Part shown: piece after piece, positions 36,113 through 49,791 of the stretch
Layout of the letters: each line of letters starts with the position of its first letter
Position numbering within the stretch: the stretch's first letter is position 1
Assembly: GCA_013265495.1 (NCBI GenBank)
Contig: MU057809.1
Span: 1 to 64,000 of the forward strand
DNA length: 64,000 nucleotides
Reading direction: 5' to 3'
DNA from: Vicugna vicugna
Taxonomy: Eukaryota
Translations under genes and position numbers: made by a program
Notes under the pieces: generated by a model
What the model saw: the letters and a program-made list of their open reading frames with translations, nothing else
The model's database searches: none
Told to the model about the DNA's origin: nothing

Positions 36113-38587
36113 TCCCCTGCTCCTGACTGCCCCCCACCCTTTCCCCACCCACCACTCCTCCACCCTGGGCTTTGGGGCTGACAGGCCTCACATTGGACAC
36201 ACAGATCCCTGTGTAGCTTGGTCAGGACACCACTGCCACCCCCAAACTCCCTCCACTGGGGACCCTGCGATTGTCCCCCCACCCCCGTTGGTTGCAGCCT
36301 GTGGGGCTTCAGGGTGATGGCCAGCCCCCTCCACACCTGGGATGTCCCATGTACACACGTGCAAGGCACCAGCCTGTCCTCCAGGGTCTGTCTTCAGCTC
36401 AGGGCCTGCAGGGGTGGTAGGCAGGCCCAGGCCACCCTCGGGAGAGGTTAGCTGATTTCCTTTTCTTGGTTTAAGGGCACCAGCTTCACCCAGATGCCCC
36501 GGGGGAAGTCGCAGGGTCATCCTAAATTCTTGCCACCACCCATGGGCATCCAGGAGGTCACTGAGGCCAGCAGAGGCCCTTGGTGATGTCCTAACCCACA
36601 AGGCCGGGCCTGCAGCAAAGGGAAGCCCTCATTCGCTGTTGCCTTCATCCTGCCGGGTGGAGGAGGAAACTGCATCTCAGGCAGCTGGGGGTCCCCACCC
36701 CTTCCCTAGTGGTCTGAATCCCAGGAGAGGGGGAGGGACCCAGGCCTTGAAGGGGAAGGCCTCTGCTCTGCTGTCCAGGCTCACCTGTCCCTGCTCCCAC
36801 ACCCACACAGGCACACCACCGTGGGGGCAGCCTTGCCAGGCAAGCTCCCCAGCAGGGCTGATGCGGGCCAGCTCCCTCCTGGCAGCTGAAGGGAAAGTCA
36901 CAGACGCACGCAGGTGGTCACACTCAGAGCCCCTTTCTGCTCCCCATCCCTCTCCCTCAACGTGTGCCTGGCCTCGCCCACACCTCAGGTACACTGGCAC
37001 CTGCCCCAGTCACTGAAAGAGTCACTTTGGGGAACTGAAGTCCAGTCTCAAGAGAATCAAAACTTCAACCCACAAGCAATTGAAACCTTTGGCTATTGCT
37101 CAGCTCTGCCCCCTGGGCCTCCCAGCTGTGTGAACTAGGAAATGTCCGTGTTGGCTACGCCGTGGTTTCTGTGACTGAGAAGTATCCATGTGGACCCACC
37201 CTGAAGTACATGACCCCCCGTCCCCCCAGACAGCCCCCAAAAATGATCTGTGGTGGTCGCAGGGACATCCCTCCCGGGGCAGGGTCAGAAACCGTGTGGA
37301 CCACGGGTGGGGCACAGCTAGGCTGGGGTCACCACCCCACTGGACAGAGACAAATCTGGTCTCACAAGGTGTCCAAACAGCCACATCTTCCTAGGAAGAT
37401 GATCACATCATTCGAAAGTCCCAGCAAGTCGCGCTGGTCTGCGTGCCCCCCCACCACAGGGAGGGGGCCCATCCCCACGCTACTACTCCCCTGAAGCCCG
37501 AGTGATCAAGTCTTGAAAAAAACAACTTCAAAGCCACATTATTTTCCAACCATTGCCCGCCCCAAATTCCTGGCTCTGCCAACACCAGCTCACCTGCAAA
37601 GACAGCCTGGACGTGACTTCCGTGGGGAACCCTCCCTGGGGCTCCCTCACCTGCCGATGAGGCTGGGCCTCTGCAGGTGCCGCCCCGCCCGGGGCTCCCT
37701 GCACACTGCAGCCCTGTCCCAAGTGCTCCTGCGTGACCTGCAGAGGCTGTTTGCTTTGCGGGGAGCCCCAGGCAGGCACAGGCAGTGTCTCTGTTGTCCA
37801 CCCTGCAGGGCAAGGAGACAGACCAACATCTGCTGGCCGTCCACCTCCTGGCCTTGCAGGCCGACCCCCGGTGTGAGCGCGGGGCTGGGGCCACCTGCAG
37901 AGGGGCCAGAGGGTAAGTGCTGGATACTCAGGGAGGACTCACTCTGGGAGGACTCTGAGCCGGGAACCCTACCTGGAGGAGCCACCGAACCTCACATCAG
38001 GGTGAACTAACTCTCAGCCCCAGCGTACAGATGAGGATCTGGGGGACAGGGGGCTGGGAGCCGAGCTTGCAGTGCACTAATCACTGTTCCTCCAGCCACG
38101 CCCACTCCTCGGGAAGTCAGCTAATTCCTCCCCGGGGGATGGAAGACAGAGACCCAGGGGGAGGGAGAGTGGGAGCTGGGACGAGGAAACGTCGGTCCCC
38201 GAGAGACAGAGGAGGCACAGCAGCAGCGCCCTCTACTCTGCAGCTTTTAGGCCTGGATGTGAGCGCTCACACAGATTTTGCCACACAAGTCGATAAATCT
38301 GACTTAAGCATCGCTTCCCGGTGGGGTTTTGTGGGAGTGGTGGGCAGCCCCCAGGCAGAGGACCCCAGAGGAGGCTCGCAGAGGAGGCCCCAGCCCTGGC
38401 CTGGAGGCCACCGCCCAGTGGACACGCCTGGACTCCTGACCCACACTCTGATAACTGGTGAGTGGAAGTCCCCGAGCTTGCAGTGCATCGTCTGCAGAGA
38501 CTGGTAACTGCTGCTCAGGGCTCGAGGGAGACAGGCCCACCTCACGCCTGCGCTGGTGCCCAGTGTCAGGAGATAGCTCCAGGAACA

Positions 38588-38935
38588 GGCTGCGTATTTG
38601 CGTCCCCCAGATTTGCACCTTAAATCCTAACCCCCAGCGTGAAGGTGTCAGGAGACGGGGCTCTGGGGCAATGAGGTCATGAGGGTGGGGCCCCCGGGAC
38701 GGGATTGGTGCCCTTTTAGGAGGGACCCAGAGAGCCCCTGGCCCCTTCCCCACGTGAGGACACTGCAAGGAGGCGCCATCCACAAGCCAGGATGCGGGTC
38801 CTCCTCAGGCAGGACTCCTGCCTTGATCTTGGACGTCCAGCCTCCAGCCTGAGACAGGGACTGTTCACATCCACCCGGCAAGCCTGCTGTGTCTTAGTGG
38901 CTGGGGCACTGGGGCGGGAGGAAGCACGCAATACT
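38588..38935 (+). mobile_element. MaLR LTR (MLT1A-like)
   Basis: aaatcctaacccccag...gaggtcatgagggtggggccccc...gccttgatcttggacgtccagcctccagcctgagac. Confidence 0.7.
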
Positions 38936-39699
38936 GAGCAAGGCCAAACCGAAAACACGTCACAAGGATAAAAGCATCCAGACACGTGAATCCGGCAGCT
39001 GAAGGAACAAACGCTGAGCGATCGGAACAAAGAACCAAAGCCACACGTTTACAGGGATGTTGCACGTGACAGTGGTGGCCTTGTACCAGGCAGAAAACAG
39101 TTTGGAGAGAAAGAGCCAGCCACCAGCTCCGTGAGGAGGAGCTGCACGTGCCTGAGCCACGACGGGCCCATCGGAGCGCCGCGTGCCCCCAGCGCCGGCT
39201 GGGTGAGACGTGAGCGAGCCACCCAGGTGCATCGCTGGAATCAGTTTATTGTGCTGGTTTAAAAGGCATGCGTAAGCGGGACACGGAACGAGGACGCCAG
39301 GAGGAGACTCCCGCTGTTTCCTTACCTCTGCCGACTAGTTACAATGTATTCAGTGGAGGAAGCTCCTTCTCTGACCCTACGGACACGTTTGGACAGCTCC
39401 ACCACATCTGGGCTCAAACACAGAGATTTCAAAGCTCTGCGGTCACGTTGAGACACAAACCCGGTGCCATCTCAGTCACTGTAAGTGTCCAGGACTATGA
39501 GACAACTAAAGCCCCAACGTGATGTAGAGAAAGAGCACCCTCCCCAGCGAGGTGGGGGAGCGGGCTGGGAAAGGAGAGAGAGCCCGCTTTCTCTGTCCCT
39601 TTCTCTCCCAGCCACAGGCCCCAAACCTGCCCATCGGGCTCCGACCACTCCTGCATCAGAACAGCCTCTGGCAACTCGAACTCCCAGCCCCCAGGCCAC

Positions 39700-42600
39700 C
39701 GTGGCTGAGGCCACATCACGTGCCTCACAGAAGTGGAACCAGACGTGTGGCCTTTGCAGTCTGGCGTCTTCCACTCTGTACAGCCTTTCTGAGGTCCATC
39801 TGCTGGTAGCAGGTGTCAGCACCGCATTCCTGTCTACAGCTGAGTCACACTCACACGTACACATACGTGAGTGTAAACATATCCCACGTGTACACAGGAG
39901 TCTATCCACTCACCCTTCGAGGAGCCCGGGCTGCCCCCACCTTCAGCTGTGCTGAGGCCACTGCCCCAAGCCTGGGTGTGCAGACCCCGTGGGCCCCGTT
40001 TTCCCTTCCTCCAGCAGCACATTCGGACGCAGAACCGCTGGGCCACGTGCTGACCCTCCGCAGACCTCGTGAGGACCCACCACACCATTTCCACGATGGC
40101 CACGGGACTTTGCATCCCACCAGCGATGCACCAGGGTCCCAATTCCTCCACGTGCTCCCAAACCTGTGTTAGTTTCTGTTTTTTGCAATAAGCATCCAGA
40201 CAGGTGAGGTGCTCGCCAGACCTTCGACACCAGGCATGGCCGCGGCTCAGCACCATTTCCAACCCTGTCTAACGGCCGAGTTCCAGGCCAGCTCAGGTTC
40301 AACTTCAGTGGGAAAAGGTGGGGAGAAAAGCGGGCTGCTCTAGAAACAGCCACACTTAATGTGCTGTTTTGCTGTGGAATATTTGGAGACGTGCCTTATA
40401 GAATTTCCCTCCTACTCCTAATTTTTCCTAAGTTTTTTCATCATAAACAGGTGTCAAATTTCATCAGATGCTTTATCTGCATCTACCGAGATGATCACGA
40501 GTCTTCCCCTTTTTTCAAAATGTGGTCAATTATATGAACCTTTAATGTTAAAAAACTAACCTGCACCCCTGGAATAAACTCAGTCTGGTCACAACGTAGC
40601 ATCCTTCATAAAATGCCTCATTTGCAGATTTAATCTGCGGTTTTGTTTAGGACCTCGCACCTGGGTTCAGCGCAAGAGGCTGTTCCACAGCGTTCCTTTC
40701 TGGGATGTCCTGGCCACCTTCTGGGATCACGGCTGCGGTGCCGGCTTCACAAGAGCGGGGAGACACCCCCGCCCCCCATTTCAGACGGCAGTTACTGCCT
40801 TGCCAAGCAAGCGTCCTTAAGTGTCTGCTGGGAATGCCGTTTGTGCTAACAGCCTTTATTGTGGGAAGCTTTTAAATGATAAATTCTTCTTCCATAGCTA
40901 GTAGACTCTCCTGACTTTCTACTTCATCTTGTGGAAGTTTTAGTAAATTATCTTTTCCTAGAACGTCCTCTACTTCATAAACTCTTTGGCCTGAAGTGGT
41001 TTGCATCACTATAGCATCTTTTAAAAAGCGCCTAGAACCCTCCCTGATGCCCCCTTTCATACTCATGCTGGAATCTGTGCCTCTGAGCTTTTCCCCTGCA
41101 GTCTTGACAAGGGAGTCATCGATTTTATTCACCTTTAAAAACGACAGACTCTTGGTTTTAATGGCATTCTCTGTCGTGTGTTCATTTCACTGTTTGGCTA
41201 CTTTCTGTTCTACCTTTATTATTCTTTTTTACTGTGTTCAGATTTGTCTGTATATTTTGTTGTTGGAAGGAAAAAAATCAGCTTTTTTTTCAGTCAACTG
41301 AAAGCAATAATAAAGGTATTTGCAGACTCGAAAAATACCTGATACCAATTTGATTCTTGTTCGTTTGAAGGCAACCTATTCTTTTTCTCTGACAGTCTCA
41401 CGAATTCCTGTCTTTGACATTCAGTTTCACAACAAGCCAACGTGAGTGCCTCTCTGGCCCTGGGTGGGCCCTTCGATCTGAGCTCTGGAAAATCTGTCCC
41501 CACTCCCCCATTAAACACCCTTTCCCGGGACGTCTGCTAACCGGCGCTTCTGCCTCCACCGCGCACGCCTTCCTCTCCTCCGCCCTCCTGTCCTGTTTCG
41601 TGTTGCTCACTCTTCTCCTTTTGCAGGCATCTTTCACCTACTTTCGCGTACTGGTCCTACTGTTCTATTGCCTGTTTATTTCTGTTCAGTCTGGAAGAGC
41701 GTCTGGGGAAAGGGGACAGGAGGGCGGGGGCCCCTCAGTGTTCCTGGAGCCACCACCAATGTGAGGACACTCAAGAACCATCACTACAACAGGTGCCTGG
41801 AAAGTCACCCCCAGCCCCACCCCAAGCCCCTGGAGACCACGAGTGTGCCCCCCGTCCCTGGAATTACACTGCCTCATGAACGTCACACAAGTGGAACCGA
41901 GCACCATGTCCTTTCACGTCTCCATTTGCTCAGCGTGGGCCCGAGACGCACCCGAGCTCTTGCACGCACCAACAGTCCCTTCCATTCTTCTTCCAAGTAG
42001 ACCAGAGAAATCAGTGTCCGCATCTGAAGACCCTCCTGCTGGCTCTGTGTCCCTGATTTTTAGTTCGACTCCATTTTTGTCTGAGAGCACGCGCTGTGTG
42101 ACGGCACTTGTTTTACGGTCGCTGAGCTGTTTTGTGGCCCAGGATCCGTCCTGCCCTGGCTTCTTCCTGGGCGCCTGTGAGCAACGTGCATTCTGCCCTT
42201 GCTGCATGGGGTGTTCTGCGAGTGTCCACCGCCACTGTCCTACGTCCTTGTGGAAGGTCCAAGAGTGTGACCCTTGAGAGTGAGGGTCAAGGCCTTCACC
42301 TGTGATTGGGGGTTGGTCTCCCCCTTCCAGCTTTGCCAGCTTTCACTGTGTGTGCTGTGAAGGCCTGTTGTCTGGGTCACCAAAGTCTGCAAATGTGGCG
42401 GGTCTTCCTGGTGGACAGGCCCCTTTGTTACGCAGTGGACCTTTTCCCCTAGAAGTTTCACCTGCTCTGCAGCCTCAGCAGGCTGGTATTGATTATTGTC
42501 TCTAAAAATGAATGTTTACAGGACACACCTCATCCTGCCCTTCCACTTCCGGTCTTCCCACATCGCCGTGTGTGGAGGGAGTTTCAGCACACGGTGGACG

Positions 42601-43750
42601 ACAGGCGGTTGGGCTGTGGCTCTTTATTCCCTCTGCCAACCTCTGTCTTCTAACTGGTGTGTGTAGGACATTTACATTTAAAGTAATTGCAGACACACTG
42701 GGGCTTAAGTTTGCTGTTTTATTACTTCTGTTCATTCCCTCTCCCTTCCCTTTATTGTGGGAAATGTGCAGATCTTTTAGATTCCCACTTCCTGATGTCT
42801 TGAGTACATCACTGTTTACTTTTCTTTGCAGCTGCTCTAGACACTCCCACACACACGTGTGATCATCAGCCTACTGGCTTCGATATTTTACCACGTCCAA
42901 CACAGGGTAGAAACTGCCCTTCACCCCTCTCGCTCTTCAAACACAACTGTCGTAAATACTTCCTCCACGTGCACTGAGCACATCAGTGTTACAACTTCCG
43001 CTTCAACCAACGGGTGCGATCCAGGAAGCTCGTGAGGTGAAAGGTGGTCACGTTTACTTCCATTTCACCCTCCCCCTTGTTCGTAACTTCCGGAAGGCCC
43101 AGCCTTCAGCGACAAGGTCCTTCGTGTTTGGAGCTTCCTTTGGTCCATCCTCCAGAGTAAGTCTACCAGCAACAGTTCTCTTGGCCTGCCTTTGTCCAAG
43201 AACGTCAGTGTCCGCGTTTAGCCCTGAAGGATCGTTTCGCCGGATGGAAGATTCAGCGGACAGTTTTTTTCCTTCAACACTTCCTTCCACTGTGATTTCA
43301 GACGAGAAATCTGCCACCTTTCACACCAGTGTTCCGCTCTAGGGCTGTTTTACATTTGTTTTTCTCTGTCTTTAGTTTTCAGAAGTTAAATTATGATGTG
43401 TCTTCGTGTGAATTTCTAGAGGGCTTATACCACTTAGGACTTCCTCTGCTCCTTTTATGTGTGGGTTCGTCTTTCACCAAATTCGGGAAGTTTTCATCCA
43501 TCTTCAAACACTTTTTCAGCCCACGTTCTCCCTGTTCTAAGACTCTGGTGGAAACACTCACCGTCCTGCAGATCCGAGGCTCGTCCACTTACCGTCCCTC
43601 TCTTGCTTAGATCGTGTAAATCTCATTGCTCTACCTTCGAGTTCCCTGATTCTTTCCTGTCACTATGTCCATCCAGTGACGGACACACTGTGCCCAGCAG
43701 TGGACACGTTAATTTGGTCATTGTACTTTTCAATTCTGTAATTTCCACTT
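39700..43750 (-). mobile_element. Fragmented old LINE-1 (5'/ORF1/ORF2 remnants)
   Basis: Minus-strand L1-like peptides (DENFPNLVKD; SAITLNVNVLHTPVRRQRLAEGIK); boundaries approximate. Confidence 0.65.
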
Positions 43751-43756
43751 GGTTCT

Positions 43757-44115
43757 TTTTTTCTACTGTAGTATAGTTTATAGTGTTGTGTCAATTTCTG
43801 GTGTGCAGCACAATGCTTCAGTCACGTAGAAACATACATATATTCATTTTTACATCCTCTTTCACTGTAAGTTACTACAAGATATTGAATATAGTTCCCT
43901 GTGCTGTACAGTATAAACTTACTTATCTATTTCTATACGTTAGTATCTGCAAATCACAAACTCCCCATTTATCCCTTCCCACCCTCTTCCCCTCCCCCAT
44001 AACCACAGGTTTGTTTTCTGTGTATGTGAGTCTGTTTCAGTTTTGTAAATAAGTTTGATTTTTTTTTAAGATTCACATATAAGTGATAATCATTTAGTAT
44101 TTTTCTTTCTCACTT
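43757..44115 (-). mobile_element. Young lineage-specific L1 3' end (same type as 29455-29824)
   Basis: tacaagatattgaatatagttccctgtgctgtacag...caaactccccatttatcccttccaccc. Confidence 0.8.
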
Positions 44116-45844
44116 GGCTCTTTTTAATGCTTCTATTTTTTTGTTAAGATCTTCTATTTTCATCTGTCTCAAAAGAATTCATACAAATTTTAAAAAGCAT
44201 TTTTATGACTGCTTTAAAAATCCTCATCAGATGACCCCAAGTCTTGTTCATCTTGGCATTCACGTCAGTTCATTTGCTTTCACATTCACAGGATAGTTTT
44301 CCCAGCGTAACAGGAGACTTTTTAGTGTATCCTAGACATTCTGGTTATTAAGTTCGAAGAGTCTTGATTTCTTTTAAATCTTATATTTCAGCAGGAAGTC
44401 GCTCTGCTAGGGTTAGTGTGTAGATTCCAGCCGAGTCGTGGCCTGTGGTCCCAGAGACAGTTATATTTTCGCAGCCCTTGCAACGCCCTCCTGGTGCTGC
44501 CCTGGCTGCAGCTCCATCTTTGGTGGTACCACCTGCAGCATCGGAAGGCACTAGGCTGCCCGGTGTCCTGCGACTGCTCTGGGGGGAGGGCAGCACCTGC
44601 CAGGCCCGGGGCTCTGTGCTCCCGCAGGCAGGAGTCCAGGAGCGCCACCAGCACCACAGCTGTGTAGCAGGGCCAGGCGGGCTGCAGGGCCATTGCTGCT
44701 GTCACGGAGGGCAGTCTGCGGGGCGGGGCAGGGCTGCCTGCTAGGTCTCTATCACCCCCAGCCCCAGCCCAGTCCCATGGCCAGAGGGAGGTGGCTTCTC
44801 TTGCAGCGTTTTGCCTGTGCTATGCCTTTGCCAAAGTAACAGCTGTCAGGTAGAGCCAGGGTGTCTGACGGTTCAACAAAGGCCTTAAGACGAAGCGGGA
44901 CAGTAAAGCTTGACTCACAGGTCAGGGAGGAGGTCAAGCAGGGAGCAGGCAGAGGGAGCGACACGCCCAGGGCACACAGCTTAACTAGGGTCCCTAGGGG
45001 AGGGCTTTGGGGTCCCTGGGCTAACACTGGATGGGTCAGTTCAGACCAGAAGGAGTGGGGTCTCTGTAAGCCTCTCAGGGGTTTTATCGAAAGGGCACAC
45101 TGGGGACAGCCCTGGACGTGAGAGAGGGAGGCTGTCAGGAGGGTGCTGGGCAGTCACACCAACAACTCAGGTGTACTGCTGATTCTGCGGGCTGTCACCT
45201 AGGGACATGCCCTGGAGGGAAGGCTCCTGCCAGTGCAAGGCCCTGCGGGGACCGGGCCACACAGGACAGATGCTGGGCAGAGACCACGGATTCCAGAAGC
45301 AGCTGAGCAGCACCCTCAGCAGCCTGCTTGCAGCTCTGGCTGCTCCTTGGGCACCCACGCCGGGAGCCTGCAAGTGAGAAAGACACGCCGGGGACCCAGC
45401 CCGTGACCACTCCTCGGGTGCTGGGGTCCCCGGCCAGCCTGTCTTCTTCCCAGCTCGAGCCCGTGCCCACTGTCTGCTGAACTCCCGCAGGGTATTCAGC
45501 TGTGCTTGGAGGAGAGGAGGGACAAGTGAGGCCCCACCATCCCCGCTGAAGGGTTTACCACGTCCCACCTGACCTCCGCCGCGGCCTTCTGAGCGGTCTC
45601 ACGTCTATCTGCTCTGTTCTTCAGTAGCCAAAGCAGTCTTTCAAAATGCGAACCTGGCATTGAATGTGAAACTCTCCCACCTCAAATCCTTCCGTGTCCC
45701 CCGCCGCTTCACGGTAAAGGCCCTGCGTGGTCTGCCCCCCAGAGTACCCCGCACCCGCTGGGTCCCTGCGCTCTGGCCACAAGATGCTTCCTTCAGCTCC
45801 TGGATCCCGGTTAGCCCCCCTCCCCGAACTCGTGCCTGTCCCTG

Positions 45845-46145
45845 CCGAAACAACGCACCATAAACTGGGCGGCTTAAAGACAGCAGTTTATCTCCTCACC
45901 ATTCTGGACGCCAGTCTGTCAGGGCGGCAGCAGGCCGGCTCCTCCTCAGGCCACTGCCCTCACCTCGCCGCGCTCTCCGGGTGCGCCGGGTCCGTCTCGG
46001 AGGCCTCTGTTCTCAAGGACACAGTCACGTGGATCAGGGCCCACCCAAGACCCCTCTCACTTGATGAGCCTGCACGACCTGCCTCTAAGCAGCGTCACAC
46101 TCGAAGTCTGGGGGCCAAGACGGCCACACACGAACTGTGGGGGAC
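45845..46145 (-). mobile_element. MaLR LTR remnant (MLT1-like)
   Basis: caccataaactgggcggcttaaagacagcagtttatctcctcaccattctgga...aaggacacagtcacgtggatcagggcccacc. Confidence 0.55.
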
Positions 46146-46685
46146 ACGTGGCCGCCACCCTCCCCCCCGGCCTGTCCATGCTGCCCCCCCCCCGCCACCT
46201 CCCACCCCTTCACCTACTTAACTGTCACTTACCTCCACCCTTCACCTGCGCCGCCACTACCTCCGGGAAGCCTTCCTAGTCAAGGCCGGGTTCCCTCGCC
46301 TTCGTCCCTCAGGACCAGCGTAACTGCAGGCCCACCAGACCAAGACCCGAGGCCGGGGGAGGCGTCGCACCCCACGCAGCCGGCCCAGCCCACGCCTGCC
46401 GGGGACGCGAGGGCCCCGGGAGCCCCCGCAGACACGAAGGGACACGATCACCACGCATCACCACGGCGCCACCAGGCGCGCGTCCGCCCCGCAGCGCGGC
46501 CCCCGACCCCCGGGAGGACGGCGCTCCGGAGGAGCCCCCAGAGCGCAGGCGTGGAGCCGAGCCGTCCGTCCCGGGGCGACGCACGAGTTCCCTCGGGTCC
46601 CCTCGGCCGCTCTCCAGTCGCTCCCGCCTCGCGCCGCTCGCGTCCCCCGGCCCCGCCCCCAACCCCCCCGCCCTGTCCTGTCCGC

Positions 46686-47188
46686 NNNNNNNNNNNNNNN
46701 NNNNNNNNNNNNNNNNNNNNNNNNNNNNNNNNNNNNNNNNNNNNNNNNNNNNNNNNNNNNNNNNNNNNNNNNNNNNNNNNNNNNNNNNNNNNNNNNNNNN
46801 NNNNNNNNNNNNNNNNNNNNNNNNNNNNNNNNNNNNNNNNNNNNNNNNNNNNNNNNNNNNNNNNNNNNNNNNNNNNNNNNNNNNNNNNNNNNNNNNNNNN
46901 NNNNNNNNNNNNNNNNNNNNNNNNNNNNNNNNNNNNNNNNNNNNNNNNNNNNNNNNNNNNNNNNNNNNNNNNNNNNNNNNNNNNNNNNNNNNNNNNNNNN
47001 NNNNNNNNNNNNNNNNNNNNNNNNNNNNNNNNNNNNNNNNNNNNNNNNNNNNNNNNNNNNNNNNNNNNNNNNNNNNNNNNNNNNNNNNNNNNNNNNNNNN
47101 NNNNNNNNNNNNNNNNNNNNNNNNNNNNNNNNNNNNNNNNNNNNNNNNNNNNNNNNNNNNNNNNNNNNNNNNNNNNNNNNNNNNNNNN
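46686..47188. other. Assembly gap (503 N) hiding the DNAAF5 start codon and the 5' part of exon 1
   Basis: N run; the DNAAF5 frame resumes at 47189. Confidence 1.
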
Positions 47189-47456
47189 CGCGACGCCCTC
47201 CCGCGCCTGCTGCCCGCACTCGCCGCGCGCCTGGCCGGCCCCGAGCCCGCGCGCCGCCCGCCGCCCGAGGCCTGCGAGGAGCTGCGCCTGGCGCTCGTGG
47301 AGCTGCTCGGCCTGGCCGTGCGCCTGGGCGGCTCCGCGCTCGCGCCCCACCTGGACGACGCGGTGCGCGTGCTGCGCTGCACGCTGCTCGACCCCTTCGC
47401 CGCCGTGCGCCGCGAGAGCTGCGACTGCGCCGCCGCCCTGGCGCGCGCCACGCCAG
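47189..47456 (+). CDS. DNAAF5: Dynein axonemal assembly factor 5 (HEATR2), 3' part of exon 1; start codon lies in the N gap
   Basis: [89 protein letters not shown]; donor CAG|GTGCCT, phase 1. Confidence 0.93.
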
Positions 47457-47482
47457 GTGCCTGCTCCTCGTTCCTGGTTCCC

Positions 47483-47538
47483 GTCCCTAGTCCCCTAGTC
47501 CCCTAGTCCCCTAGTCCCCAAGTCCCCTAGTCCCCGAG
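47483..47538. repeat. 8-bp tandem repeat (GTCCCCTA)n, ~7 copies, at the start of DNAAF5 intron 1
   Basis: gtccctagtcccctagtcccctagtcccctagtccccaagtcccctagtccccgag. Confidence 0.85.
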
Positions 47539-48239
47539 CCCCCTCCCCACACCCGCCTCGGACCGCGCCCGCTGTCTCCCAGCGCGTAGCGCAGTGCCTG
47601 CCCGTAGTGGGGGCTCACTGTTGAGTGAAGGACTGTCTCATGCTCGAAGCATTTCCCTATCTTAGCACCGTCCCTTCTGCCCTGTCCGCTCCGACGCGAG
47701 GGACCTGTCCGTTGGCTCCCATCGCATTGGGCAGTAGTGAACCAAGAGCCAGTCTTGATCTGAACACCCAGGGGGTGAAAGAACTCGCCCAAAGTGTCAT
47801 TGAAATAGCGGTTCTTAAGGATCTGGAACAGCGGCAGAACTGAGCCCGGAACTGCAGAACCAAGCCCTCCGGTCGACTTTCCGTGAGGACCTTACAAACA
47901 GGAAGTGGGGTGGCTCTGCTTAAACTAAAGCGGTGCAGGTCCAGCTTCCAGCGGTAGTGCTGGGTGTCTGGCTGCGGGCTCACCTGGACGCCGGGCCATG
48001 CAGGAGTCTCCAGGCTGGGATGCCCCCTCACAGCTCCTGTCAGCTGAGATGGGGTTAAGCCCTCGCCTTTTCCCTTTGGTCCCCTCAGCCTCTGAGTCGG
48101 GTAGGTGCTGTTTGGGTCGCTTCTCCCAGTGCCGGTGCCGGCGCCAGCATGCAGAGCTGTGCTTGGCTCGCTGAACCAAGCTGGGCACAGTTGAGGTGCA
48201 TGGGCTCCACTGGTAACTGGTGGTCTCCCTGCCCCACAG

Positions 48240-48424
48240 ACCACTTCCACATGCAGTCGGAGTCTTTGGTCGGTCCCCTGATGCAGAGCATCTCCCACCA
48301 GCACTGGAAGGTGCGAGTGGCCATCATCGAGGCCACAGGCACGGTCGTCCAGTTTGGCAGCGGGAAGTCAGTGGATGATGTGCTTCCTCACTTTGCTCAG
48401 CGGCTCTTTGACAACATCCCCCAG
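48240..48424 (+). CDS. DNAAF5: DNAAF5 exon 2
   Basis: 185 nt, (D)[61 protein letters not shown]; cacag| and CAG|GTAGTG. Confidence 0.96.
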
Positions 48425-48874
48425 GTAGTGGGCAGGGCATTCTCCACCGGAAGCACGCCACTGAGCTGTTTGTGACTCACTCACTTTTGTTTTAAAGATA
48501 CTACCCATGACACCAGTGGCCTTTCCTCCCTCCCAGGCGCAGAGCAGTCCTGTTTCACGTCTTTGAGAAATGAGGGGAGGGCTGAGTCATCTCAATACCT
48601 TCTTGTTTCTAATCCCAAGGAAAGTGAAAGAGGACTGTTTCCTCTTAGGAAGAAAATCCAAACTGGGTGCAGCGCATCTGCAACATGCCGCTCCAACAAG
48701 GCGGTCCAGCTGAAAAGCCTCAGAGGTTGGCCAGCCAGGCCTGGGAGGAGGACCCAGCCGGGGTGGGCGTGTTGGGGTAGTTTGTTCCCTCCGGCTTTGG
48801 GGCCCCGGTCTGGTGACCTCCGAAACTGCTCTCTAGCACTGCCCTGCCTCCGACCACAGGCACGCTGGGCCTTC

Positions 48875-49350
48875 TTATTTTTATTTTTTAGAACAGCTTT
48901 TTGAGCTATAATTCACATACTGTACATTTCTCCTGTGTAGTTTTGAATGTTTTGGGTATATTTTTAATTTCTAAAACTTTTGGCAAAACATGTGTAACAC
49001 TTGCCATTTTAGTTATTTTTAAAGTTAGGTGGTATTAAACATATTCACAATGTTGTACAACCATCACCACCATGCAAAGCTTTTTTTTAATCGTCCCAAA
49101 CAGAAGCTTGGTAACCACTAAGTGATACCTCCCCACCCTCCCCTCCCTGCAGCCACTGATAACTACAGATCTTTGTCTCTGGATTTGACGAGGTTCACGG
49201 AAGTGGAGTCAACGTGTGGTCTGCCGTGACTGCCTCTCACTCAGCCTCGTGTTTCCGAGGTCCATCTGTCTGTGTCAGGAGTCCGTGCTTTGCTCCTTTT
49301 TAAGGCTGAGTAATATCCACAGTGTGGACGGACCAGACTTTGTCCACAGA
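48875..49350 (-). mobile_element. LINE-1 3' end remnants
   Basis: ttttgagctataattcacatac...acatattcacaatgttgtacaaccatcaccac...tttaaggctgagtaatatcc. Confidence 0.65.
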
Positions 49351-49791
49351 CAGGCTGGTGCCCTCAGTAGTCCTGGGGTCACCCTGGCTGTCAGGGCCCC
49401 CTCTGCACGTTGCTGTGGCTCTAACTGTGTTTCATGTAGATGATGGGGTTCTGTGATTTATGTAGCTGGGAGAATACACTGACCCAGTCAGTGAAGCTTC
49501 AAGAATGTGACCACATAGGCGTTGGCAGGGGTCTGCCCTGGAATGTTGGAGCTTAGCCAGCACACCTGCTCCGCTGTTGGTGCCCTGCTGGGCATTTGGC
49601 TCAGGCTAGCAGAAGGTCCAGCTGAGCCCGGAGGATGTGGGCTGGAGACAGCCAGACCCTAATGTTTCATCCCCAGGCTGAGATGTGGTCATGGAGCTGG
49701 GGGCATGCCTGAGCCGGCTGTGGGGCCCCGCCGGTGATGGGGCGGGCTGCCCCTGCCCGGCGTGAAGGCTGTTCCCTTGCTGTACACGCAG

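Larger units (their letters stand above)
46250..47600. promoter_or_regulatory. CpG island, DNAAF5 promoter and exon 1 (potentially bidirectional)
   Basis: Dense CpG and GC boxes (ccccgccccc) on both sides of the gap that hides the DNAAF5 start. Confidence 0.8.

Noticed and set aside
35336..36369. Long ORFs over the PRKAR1B CpG island
   Set aside because: GC-rich stop-poor DNA spanning a 100-N gap; no recognisable protein.
44740..45400. Possible LTR on the minus strand (gataaaacccc...agaccccactc)
   Set aside because: LTR-like, but family and boundaries could not be assigned.
46137..47498. 453-aa ORF and overlapping minus-strand ORFs
   Set aside because: Length is inflated by the 503-N gap; the real DNAAF5 frame is the one starting at 47189.
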